Source: Cytophagaceae bacterium
GTDB lineage: Bacteria; Bacteroidota; Bacteroidia; Bacteroidales; Marinilabiliaceae
Length of the DNA stretch: 42,489 bases
Assembly (NCBI GenBank): GCA_031285765.1
Contig: JAITVO010000348.1
Coordinates: 1 to 42,489 of the forward strand
Reading direction: 5' to 3'
Part shown: piece by piece, positions 35,654 to 42,489 of the stretch
Layout of the letters: each line of letters begins with the position of its first letter
How positions within the stretch are numbered: the stretch's first letter is position 1
The notes under the pieces: generated by a model
What the model was told of the DNA's origin: nothing
Databases searched by the model: none
Seen by the model: the letters and a program-made list of their open reading frames with translations, nothing else
Translations under genes and position numbers: made by a program

Positions 35654-37150
35654 TCACTCTATCCTCACTTCCCTGTACGAGCAAATCTTTTGTCCGTCGC
35701 CCCAGTAGGCTTCGCAGCGAATGGTGTAGCTGCCCCGCCTGCTGAATTTGTAAGTGATTGTTTCGCCCAGCATCAAATCGTTGTTGTTGACGTCCCAAAA
35801 GTAGTGGACGTTTTCGGCGTCGTCAAAGCCCATTAGTGTGGCTTTGAGCGTAATTTCATCACCTCTTTTAACCGTTTCGGGAAAACTGAAATACACTTGC
35901 TGCGGACGCTCCAATTCCAATTCGTAGTTGGCAACATCGTACAGTTCTTCGTTGGTAACAGAGTCAATTACCGAGAGCGTAACCTCGTAGGCGCCCGGTC
36001 CGGGCAAGCAGTGGTCAACCGAAGCGCCAATAGTTTCGGTACCGTCGCTAAAGCGCCATCGGTACTTTACAGGAATTGTATCGGCTTCTATTGCCCGCTC
36101 CTCAAAAAAGGTGAAGCAGTAGTTCTCCTCCTCCACTTCGGCGGCGTCTTCGCAAAACACAATCTTGTAATCGAAGCGGTAAATATTGTCGTTGCCCTCG
36201 CGCGATGATGCAAAAAAGCCCGATGTTTCGTCGGGAAAAATGTAACATCCAAAATCGTCGAAAGGCGAGTTTACAGGGCTCGGAAGCGGCACAGGATTTG
36301 TCCACTCGCCATCCGCGAAAGCGGAAACATAAATATCGAAGCCACCCATGCCACCGTATCTGTCCGAAGCAAAATAGAGTTTGCCCGAAGCATGGAAAAA
36401 CGGGAAAAGCTCGCGCCCTGTCGAGTTGATATTCGCTCCCATATTCACAGGCTCGCTCCATCCCGAAGCGGTGCGGCTGCTGGTGTAAAGGTCGGTTTCG
36501 CCCACGCTGCCTTCCATGTTCGATGCAAAAACAAGCGTTGTGCCATCGGGCGAAAGCGCGGGATGTGCAAATGTGGCAGCGCTGTTTGCCGAAAACGACA
36601 GTTGCGTGAACTCGCCCCACGTGTCGGGACTTGTACGTTGCGCCTCAAACAGCCCCAAAGGTATTTCGCTGTTGCGATTGGCTGAACGCGCTTCTTTGTA
36701 CGATTTTATTTTGTTGAAGGTAGCAATTTGCAACATGCCGTTGTCAGAGAACGTTAGGGAGCCTTCGGAAAGATTCACCGACTTGTCGGGCTGAAACAGG
36801 CGTGCCTTTCCCAACCGCCCGCCCTTTAACAGCGGGGCGCTGTAAACTTTGTAAAGATGCTCGTTGTTTTGGTTGAAGATGCTGATAAGCACATTGCTTT
36901 TGCGGTTCGATACAAAATAGAGCAGCGAATCGTGAACCAAAGGGGCTATTTCGCTCGAATAGTCTTTGTTGATATTCAGTCGCACTGTTTCGATTTCCTG
37001 CGCTGTGGCGGATGTGAACGACCAAACAGTGGTTATTATCAGTAAAATTAATTGGAACACAGATTTACGCAGGTAAAAAAAACAATCCGCGAAAATTCGC
37101 GTTATCCGCGTTCTAAAACTCTGTTTTCTTAAAAAATTATTTTCTGTCAT
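35654..37150 (-). CDS. Secreted PD40/TolB-like beta-propeller protein with C-terminal PKD-like domains
   Basis: Signal peptide ...SATAQE. Repeated PD40-like segments (PALSPDGTTLVFASN, LYFASDRYGG, GFFASSREG). PKD-like YRWRFSDGTE...GAYEVTLSV. Start set at the ATG at 37150. Confidence 0.75.
   Translation of the reverse strand: MTENNFLRKQSFRTRITRIFADCFFYLRKSVFQLILLIITTVWSFTSATAQEIETVRLNINKDYSSEIAPLVHDSLLYFVSNRKSNVLISIFNQNNEHLYKVYSAPLLKGGRLGKARLFQPDKSVNLSEGSLTFSDNGMLQIATFNKIKSYKEARSANRNSEIPLGLFEAQRTSPDTWGEFTQLSFSANSAATFAHPALSPDGTTLVFASNMEGSVGETDLYTSSRTASGWSEPVNMGANINSTGRELFPFFHASGKLYFASDRYGGMGGFDIYVSAFADGEWTNPVPLPSPVNSPFDDFGCYIFPDETSGFFASSREGNDNIYRFDYKIVFCEDAAEVEEENYCFTFFEERAIEADTIPVKYRWRFSDGTETIGASVDHCLPGPGAYEVTLSVIDSVTNEELYDVANYELELERPQQVYFSFPETVKRGDEITLKATLMGFDDAENVHYFWDVNNNDLMLGETITYKFSRRGSYTIRCEAYWGDGQKICSYREVRIE
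37083..37123 (+). repeat. ATCCGCG-family repeat overlapping the 5' end of the PD40 gene
   Basis: caatccgcgaaaattcgcgttatccgcgttctaaaactctg. It is the source of the RITRIFADCFF peptide in the minus-strand ORF. Confidence 0.5.
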
Positions 37151-37347
37151 TTGAATATACTTTTCTTTTGGTTTGAGGCATTTTACCAAAGTTCAACAAT
37201 AATTCCACTTCGATGTCAGTTGCTTTTCGTTGGCAGGCTTCAATTTCTCACTCAATTTCAACTCCAGTAAGAATCCGTATCGTCAACGTTACAAACCTGT
37301 TTTTTATTCGCTAAAATCCGCGTTCCCCTTGTTCGTCTGTCATTGTT

Positions 37348-38271
37348 TTAAAAGAATCTTGGGCTTGTGGTGTTCACACGGTAGCCGAAATCGAACTGTA
37401 ACGATATTTCGTGGCTGCCTGCGTTAAACTTCCGCAATTCGCCTGTCGGAAAGTCGTAACTGTAGGTTGCACGCATACGCGGCGTGATTTGCCAGCCCAG
37501 TACGGCTACAAATTCGTTGTTGGTACGGTAAGTACCGCCCACCCACACCAAATCGAGGATGATAGCCGACAGCGAAATATCGGCAAGTGTACGCACCTGC
37601 GGTCCAAACTTCAATAATGCCGAAGGCTGAAGCCGAAGCGAATTGCTAACATCAAAAAGGTAGCCAGCAGTAAGGTTCATCGACGAGCGACCGAATGAAA
37701 AGAACGATGCTTCGTAATCGAACGGCGTGCGGTAAAAGAAATCGTAAACCGAGAAGCCTGCAAAGAACCGCTCACCATACCATGCAGTTCCGAAACCCAG
37801 AACCGGACGATTGTCTGATTCAATATCCCGCAACTGCTCAAATGCCTCGTCGGGATTCTCAATGTCGATTAATTCGATGTCCATGTTACCGTAGTTTGCC
37901 GACGAAAACCCGCCGTTTAAGCTGAATGCAAGTTTGCTTCTGCCCAAAAACAGACGGTAGGTATATGATAGAGTTGCACGGAAGTTGGCGTAAACGGCAA
38001 ACTTCTCGTTGTAAATAAATCCGCCCAGCGCAACATGTTCGCTTTTAAGCGGCGCATGAATGGTAACATTTTGCGACGACGGCGGATTGGGTGTGTCCCA
38101 CCACTGCTGCCTGAACGAGCCGAAAATCGACAGCGCCTCGCGCGACCCTGCAAACGCAGGATTAATCATATACTGATTGTGCACATAATGCGACGTCATT
38201 AGCATCCGCTCTTGCGAGAAGAGCGATAAAGGAAGCATAAATAAAATAAATAAAAAAGCATACCTCACCAC
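37348..38271 (-). CDS. Type IX secretion system membrane protein, PorP/SprF family
   Basis: Family start ...QYMINPAFAGSREALSIFGSFRQQWW.. and beta-barrel-like sequence to the C-terminal RFF. Probable GTG start at 38271/38268. The 144 upstream codons of the long ORF run through repeat elements. Confidence 0.8.
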   Translation of the reverse strand: MVRYAFLFILFMLPLSLFSQERMLMTSHYVHNQYMINPAFAGSREALSIFGSFRQQWWDTPNPPSSQNVTIHAPLKSEHVALGGFIYNEKFAVYANFRATLSYTYRLFLGRSKLAFSLNGGFSSANYGNMDIELIDIENPDEAFEQLRDIESDNRPVLGFGTAWYGERFFAGFSVYDFFYRTPFDYEASFFSFGRSSMNLTAGYLFDVSNSLRLQPSALLKFGPQVRTLADISLSAIILDLVWVGGTYRTNNEFVAVLGWQITPRMRATYSYDFPTGELRKFNAGSHEISLQFDFGYRVNTTSPRFF

Positions 38272-38585
38272 TATTCCCTCTCCAAAGGAGAGGGGGATAG
38301 CAAGGCGTTTAACTGTTTTTTTTAAGTAATTGTGCGCTTTGAAAAGCGTCCGGATGTATGGCTCAATGCAATATTCGCCTGTGTTTTGCGTAACACTACT
38401 CCCTCTTTTTTGGATAGGGGATAGGGGAGAGGCTTTAAAAGATTTCTTTGTTTTCATATCAGTAAAATTATGGAAAAGAAGAAGTTTCTCACCAAAGAAT
38501 GGGGTGAGTACAGCACAATGCAATGTTCGCTTGCATTGTGCGTAACACTTCCTCCTCTCATTTTGGAGAGGGGATAGGGAAGAGG
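38271..38585 (+). repeat. Repeat cluster in the cargo-PorP spacer: three CCTCT...GGAGAGGGGATAGG hairpin units, two of them inside a ~69-bp direct repeat (38364-38432 and 38516-38585)
   Basis: Hairpin units at 38271-38305, 38399-38432 and 38551-38585. The shared prefix caatgcaatRttcgcYtg...tgcgtaacact precedes the last two. Confidence 0.65.
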
Positions 38586-38594
38586 TGTGCTTTT

Positions 38595-40895
38595 TCATCG
38601 TTTTATAATCAAATATTTTTTTACGGTACTTGCTCCTTTGCCCGAAAAGACATAAGAATAGATGCCTTCGGGCACAGGCTTGCCGTTGCGGGCGCCATCC
38701 CAAAAGGGTGTTCCTGTCGGGTGCCCGTAATCGGTTGCGGTGTAAACCACCTGTCCGTCTTTATCGAATATTACCAGTCGGTTGCCGTTTACCTGATGTG
38801 CACCCACAATTTCGAACAGATCGTTAACGCCGTCGCCATTGGGCGAAAAGCCTGTTGGACAGCGCAACCCATAAAGTGTTATCATTACCTCGTCGTAACT
38901 CATACATTCGCCGTTGCGAACCGTCCAGCCCAGCACTGTTTCGCCGATTGGAAAGCCGTTTGCCGCTGTTTGCGGAAATTTTGCATTAAAGAAAGCGATG
39001 CCGGCGTTTGAGTTCCATTCGCCCTCGCCCACAGTGGGTGTGCGGGCATTTAATGTTGTATTGCTCGAATAGATAATGGTATCGTTGCCTGCAAACGCAA
39101 TGGGTATTTCGTAAAATGTAACGTCCACTTCATCGGTTGTTTGGCATTCTTTGCCGTCCACAACCACAGTCCACGTGAGCGTACAGGTTTCGCGGTTGTT
39201 TACATCATCCATCGTAAAAATAGAATTGGCGGCGTGCACATTGGTAAACGTTCCGCCGGCATTGGCGCCGGCATCTTTCAGTTGCCACGTACCGGTAGCA
39301 CCTGCGCGGGGAGGCTCGGCGTTGAGCGTAATCTGGTTGCCGCACAGCTCAGCGTCGTCGCCTGCAAAAGCGATGGGAATTTCGTAAAACGTAACATTTA
39401 CCTCGTCCGCTGTTTCGCAGCCAACATTGTCCACCGCCACACTCCACGTCAGGGTGTATGTTTTATGGTCATTAACATTATTAATTACAAGATTGGAATT
39501 GGGGGCGTGCGGATTCGAAAATTCGCCTTCGCCGGTATCCTCCTCTTTCAGCAGCCACGTGCCTGTAACGCCTGCGCGGGGAGGCTCGGCGTTGAGCGTA
39601 ATTTGAGTTCCGCACGCTTCGGCGTCGCTGCCCGCAACCGCAATGGGAATTTGATGAAATGTTACGTTTACCTCGTCCGCTGTTTCGCATGCTTTGCCGT
39701 CCACAGCCACAGTCCATGTAAGTTTGTATGTTTTGTGGTCGATTACATCATTAATCACAAAGCCCGAATTGGCGGCATGTACATCTGTAAACGCACCCTC
39801 GCCGGTATCCTCATCGTGCAGCTGCCACGTGCCGGTGTTTCCCTCGAGGGCAGGCGCAGCATTGAGCGCAGTTTCAGTGCCGCACACATCCGTATCGTCG
39901 CCCGCAAACGCCACAGGTTTAATATCGGGAACGGTAATGGTATCGCCCATTCCGTCGGGAGTGGCAATGCAGTTAAGGTTGTCAGTAATTTGTGTTATCC
40001 AAAAATCGGTTTCTCCCTTAACGGGATGGTTCACTATTTTCATGTTCGGCAGTGTTTCGGTAAACGCTTCACTTCCGTTGGTATAGTTTACACTGAAAGG
40101 GGTATTTCCGCCAACAATAAAGGTGATTGCGGCATCGCCTTCGCCGCACACTTCGGAGCTGGTACTGATGTAACCTTTGGGCGAGCCCAGCAGTTTTACA
40201 TTTATGGATGTATCGGCGATGCACTCGTCAACGGCTTGCGTCGAAATGCCGTTGGCTTGCGTAAAAATAACCGTGTAGCCTTCGTTGGGTTCACCCGCAA
40301 AGAGCGTGGTTGAAGCGTTGTGAGGCGTAAACGTTCCATTGCCGCCCGTTGCTACCCGCCATCTGAATACGCTTTCGGTTTCGTCGAGGTCGGGATTCGC
40401 TTTCAGCGTAATGGTATCGCCGCATCCCTCAATCGAAGCATAGTCAAACGTCGGTTTAAGAGGGGTATTGTGAACATGTACGATAATTGCCTCGTCGGGA
40501 TTACCGGGTATCCAGTCGGAAACCCCGTCCCGGAACCATAAAATGGTTAATTTCAGTTTATGGATATTACGATTTTCGAGGAGGAATGGATTGAAACCAA
40601 TTCTCCTGATACATACAGGCTCGCTTACCGACGACGACCAACCCTCTACCGAAAGGTTATCGCTGTAAGGATGAACAGCCATCCCTGTTTCAGCGTCTTC
40701 GAGCCTTATCCGTGCATCGAACGGCTCATCTCCTGTAAAATCAATTTGAAACTCTATATCAAATACATGATTAACAATTGGCTTGGTCAAGCACTGTGTA
40801 CGCTCGTAAACTACCAGCGAGGCTGTAGGCTGTGCCACACCCGCCGCACAAAAGAGCAGCGACGGTATAATAATGAAAGCAATATATTTTTTCAT
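38595..40895 (-). CDS. T9SS type-B C-terminal sorting domain cell-surface protein with four ~90-aa tandem Ig-like repeats
   Basis: The C-terminus CPTGFSPNGDGVNDLFEI...GIYSYVF....KKYLIIKR is the gliding-motility-associated (type B) CTD. Signal peptide MKKYIAFIIIPSLLFCAAGVAQ starts at the ATG at 40895. Confidence 0.88.
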   Translation of the reverse strand: MKKYIAFIIIPSLLFCAAGVAQPTASLVVYERTQCLTKPIVNHVFDIEFQIDFTGDEPFDARIRLEDAETGMAVHPYSDNLSVEGWSSSVSEPVCIRRIGFNPFLLENRNIHKLKLTILWFRDGVSDWIPGNPDEAIIVHVHNTPLKPTFDYASIEGCGDTITLKANPDLDETESVFRWRVATGGNGTFTPHNASTTLFAGEPNEGYTVIFTQANGISTQAVDECIADTSINVKLLGSPKGYISTSSEVCGEGDAAITFIVGGNTPFSVNYTNGSEAFTETLPNMKIVNHPVKGETDFWITQITDNLNCIATPDGMGDTITVPDIKPVAFAGDDTDVCGTETALNAAPALEGNTGTWQLHDEDTGEGAFTDVHAANSGFVINDVIDHKTYKLTWTVAVDGKACETADEVNVTFHQIPIAVAGSDAEACGTQITLNAEPPRAGVTGTWLLKEEDTGEGEFSNPHAPNSNLVINNVNDHKTYTLTWSVAVDNVGCETADEVNVTFYEIPIAFAGDDAELCGNQITLNAEPPRAGATGTWQLKDAGANAGGTFTNVHAANSIFTMDDVNNRETCTLTWTVVVDGKECQTTDEVDVTFYEIPIAFAGNDTIIYSSNTTLNARTPTVGEGEWNSNAGIAFFNAKFPQTAANGFPIGETVLGWTVRNGECMSYDEVMITLYGLRCPTGFSPNGDGVNDLFEIVGAHQVNGNRLVIFDKDGQVVYTATDYGHPTGTPFWDGARNGKPVPEGIYSYVFSGKGASTVKKYLIIKR
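38868..39941 (-). repeat. Intragenic tandem repeats, ~270 bp x 4 (three well conserved, one diverged)
   Basis: Protein repeats of the form VNVTF.EIPIA.AG.DAE.CG.QITLNAEPPRAG.TGTW.L......G.F.N.HA.NS......V......T.TW.V.VD...C.T.DE. Confidence 0.85.
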
Positions 40896-40896
40896 G

Positions 40897-41130
40897 CATA
40901 ATGTATTAAGTTTGTTGCGCAAAACAGCCCTGAAAGGGCTTCATCTTCATAACCGCACCGGCAAATGTAGGGGCGGGGTTTGCCCGCCCAGCGTTGCCTG
41001 CGGAAAATGACGCTCGTATCTCCCTGCCCGCAAGGGCAGAACAGATGTGAAAGTACAGGTTTTGAAGATTCAGCCTTTTCAAGGCTATCAAAAGTAATAC
41101 TGCGTAACATAATGTATTAAGTTTGTTGCG
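40897..41130. repeat. 23-bp perfect direct repeat (cataatgtattaagtttgttgcg) flanking a 188-bp segment with four short GC-rich hairpins
   Basis: Copies at 40897-40919 and 41108-41130. Internal hairpins are agccct/agggct, gggcggg/cccgccc, ctgccc/gggcag and agcctt/aaggct. Confidence 0.8.
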
Positions 41131-41140
41131 AACAATAATG

Positions 41141-41178
41141 AGAACACGGATAACGCAGATTTTCGCAGATATTTTACC
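41141..41178 (-). repeat. ATCCGCG-family repeat (inverted orientation)
   Basis: The reverse complement ggtaaaatatctgcgaaaatctgcgttatccgtgttct parallels 37083-37123. Confidence 0.45.
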
Positions 41179-41830
41179 GTTTCGCAACAATGCCCATTTG
41201 CTCAAGCAACTGTGGGGTATCGGCAAGAGCAATGCGTGCGATGGCTCGAAAATCGCTGTATGTGCTGTACAAACTGTCGAAAGCCTCGTCGCGTGCAATG
41301 GTTGCCTCCTGCGCTTCGCCTTTTTCTTTCAAATACGCCTGATGTGCCTTTTCGGCGATGGTAAGGCTCGTAAGTCCCACTTTCAAATTGTCATCAGTGA
41401 TGTTGAAGCGAGCTATCAACCCAAGCAAGCGAGGCTGTTCGAGTATGTTGGTGTAAAACTCGCGCGCTTCTTTCAGGAATCCCGATATGGAACGCTTGCG
41501 ACTTCCTGTTGCCGACACGCTGAGCAATGCTCCGGGATGTTCTTTAAATGCAATGCGGGCTACCTGCAAATGCACCATATAGTTGCTCCGAGCTTCGTTT
41601 ATTGCCTGTGTCGATGAAACATTAGCGCCAATCTGTTCGCCCTGCTCCCTTTTTTGCACTGCAAAAAGGTGTTTCACATTTTCGAGAGGCTCCAAGCCTG
41701 TTGTCCTGATGATGTCTGCGGTGATACCATAACGTTCAAGTCGCCCTAAGATATCACTGCTGTTGAGTGCGCCATTTAGTGCATTGCTCATTTCGGCAAG
41801 CATGGCGTCGTAAGACTTTGGTTTATTCAT
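41174..41830 (-). CDS. Hypothetical helical protein with an internal two-fold duplication
   Basis: 218-aa clean ORF. The two halves align (ILGRLERYGITADI...ARIAFKEHP against LLGLIARFNITDDN...ARIALADTP). No family recognised. Confidence 0.65.
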   Translation of the reverse strand: MNKPKSYDAMLAEMSNALNGALNSSDILGRLERYGITADIIRTTGLEPLENVKHLFAVQKREQGEQIGANVSSTQAINEARSNYMVHLQVARIAFKEHPGALLSVSATGSRKRSISGFLKEAREFYTNILEQPRLLGLIARFNITDDNLKVGLTSLTIAEKAHQAYLKEKGEAQEATIARDEAFDSLYSTYSDFRAIARIALADTPQLLEQMGIVAKR

Positions 41831-41892
41831 GTTTAATGTTTTAAATATGTTTTACAAACTTACAATTTGTTGTTATTACACTCGTTTTATTT

Positions 41893-42108
41893 TCAATTCG
41901 TAATGAAATACAAGGGGCAGCTAAGCGCTCCCCAACCGCAGCTAAATGCTCCCCAACCATAGCTAAGCGCTCCCCAAGCGCAGCTAAATGCCCCCCAACC
42001 ATAGCTAAATGCTCCCCAACCGCAGCTAAATGCTCCCCAACCGCAGCTAAATGCTCCCCAGCCATAGCTAAATGCTCCCCAACCGCTCTTTAGCGATACA
42101 CAACTCAT
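41893..42108 (-). CDS. Candidate 71-aa heptad-repeat micro-protein MSCVSLKS-(GWGAFS[C/Y])x8-PLYFITN
   Basis: The ATG at 42108 lies 24 nt downstream of an exact TAnnTTTG box. In this frame three of the repeat-unit differences are synonymous third-position changes. Coding status is unproven. Confidence 0.35.
   Translation of the reverse strand: MSCVSLKSGWGAFSYGWGAFSCGWGAFSCGWGAFSYGWGAFSCAWGALSYGWGAFSCGWGALSCPLYFITN
41917..42084. repeat. 21-bp tandem repeat, 8 units (consensus gcagctaaatgctccccaacc)
   Basis: Units start at 41917, 41938, 41959, 41980, 42001, 42022, 42043 and 42064, with 0-5 substitutions from the consensus per unit. Confidence 0.92.
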
Positions 42109-42131
42109 TTTTTTCGACTGCACAACGGAGG

Positions 42132-42139
42132 CAAAAGTA
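42132..42139 (-). promoter_or_regulatory. -7 box TActTTTG upstream of the repeat ORF
   Basis: Exact TAnnTTTG on the minus strand. Confidence 0.4.
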
Positions 42140-42332
42140 TATATTTTCTGCAAATCTATTGTAAGGTTTTTTATATTTATTTTTTTTGGATACAATATTT
42201 TTTTTCGGATGAAGCGCAGGGAGCGGGCTTCAGAGCTTCTGGAGTGAATATTTGTGAAAATGAGGAATTGAAAAATTTGCATCTATAATGCTTCGTATGG
42301 GCAAATTACCCAAACAAAACGTCCTGCACCGG

Positions 42333-42374
42333 CAATGGGGCATGCCCCATTGTTGATTCTGCTCGCAAATCAAT
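42333..42374 (+). repeat. Composite palindromic element (perfect 20-bp palindrome caatggggcatgccccattg plus tail ...ctcgcaaatcaat)
   Basis: Exact palindrome with the same tail as 33265-33306. Confidence 0.6.
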
Positions 42375-42435
42375 AGACTTCTTCGGAAAATAGTATTGAA
42401 ACGCACATTTACACCTGCTCAACCGTTCATCCTGA

Positions 42436-42455
42436 CAAGGGGATTAATCCCCTTG
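42436..42455. repeat. Solo 20-bp perfect palindrome caaggggattaatccccttg
   Basis: Identical to the palindrome at 29457-29476. Confidence 0.6.
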
Positions 42456-42489
42456 TTAATAGAGATGCGGCATCAGCAGCCATGGGGCA

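Noticed and set aside
37348-38703. Full 451-aa version of the PorP/SprF ORF
   Set aside because: The first 144 codons run through three hairpin repeat units and translate to repeat-derived sequence. Family similarity and a signal-like segment begin at about 38271.
39141-40313. 390-aa plus-strand ORF, with several 60-130-aa ORFs, opposite the T9SS cargo gene
   Set aside because: These are shadow ORFs of a G+C-rich, repeat-rich gene. The translation is low-complexity (R/G/A/V-rich). The minus-strand frame has a signal peptide, domain repeats and a type-B CTD.
41841-42065. 74-aa ORF in the GEHLAAV frame of the 21-bp array
   Set aside because: Every inter-unit substitution is non-synonymous in this frame, and it has no upstream promoter box. 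The GWGAFS frame is the better coding candidate, if any frame is coding.

Overview
A 42.5-kb chromosomal segment that looks like Bacteroidota. The evidence is gldD, a PorP/SprF gene, a T9SS type-B C-terminal-domain cargo protein, TAnnTTTG-type -7 promoter boxes ahead of many genes, and no obvious Shine-Dalgarno sites. Most genes are housekeeping or accessory: znuABC-like metal uptake, rplY, prs, a GT2 glycosyltransferase, three ECF sigma genes (one decayed), rsmG, rnr, a lipoprotein, a TPR protein, tRNA-Lys(CUU), TonB-C and PorT-like outer-membrane proteins, a GGGP-synthase homolog, a PPTase, aguA/aguB, folE, and a nucleotidyltransferase plus GT4 pair. The stand-out region is a 7.6-kb minus-strand chemosensory operon (16669-24267) with the order STAS, CheY, CheA, CheW, CheW, CheR, HK-like, CheD, CheB. 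It has a full methylation/adaptation set, but no methyl-accepting receptor is encoded anywhere in the window. Between cheR and cheD it carries a sensor-less histidine-kinase-like protein whose H-box histidine codon reads Asn. At the far end there is a T9SS triad (repeat-rich cargo, PorP/SprF, PD40/PKD protein). Next to it, an 8 x 21-bp in-frame tandem repeat could encode a GWGAFS[C/Y] heptad-repeat micro-protein. The intergenic DNA is unusually rich in short dispersed repeats: a MITE-like element in two copies, one beside an IS630-family transposase relic, a 20-bp palindrome family, CCTCTCC/GGAGAGG hairpins, ATCCGCG/GTTCAAAAA modules, and three unrelated tandem arrays that all have a 21-bp period. 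No rRNA, CRISPR array, prophage or integrase was seen. All calls come from reading the sequence and the ORF translations; no searches were run.
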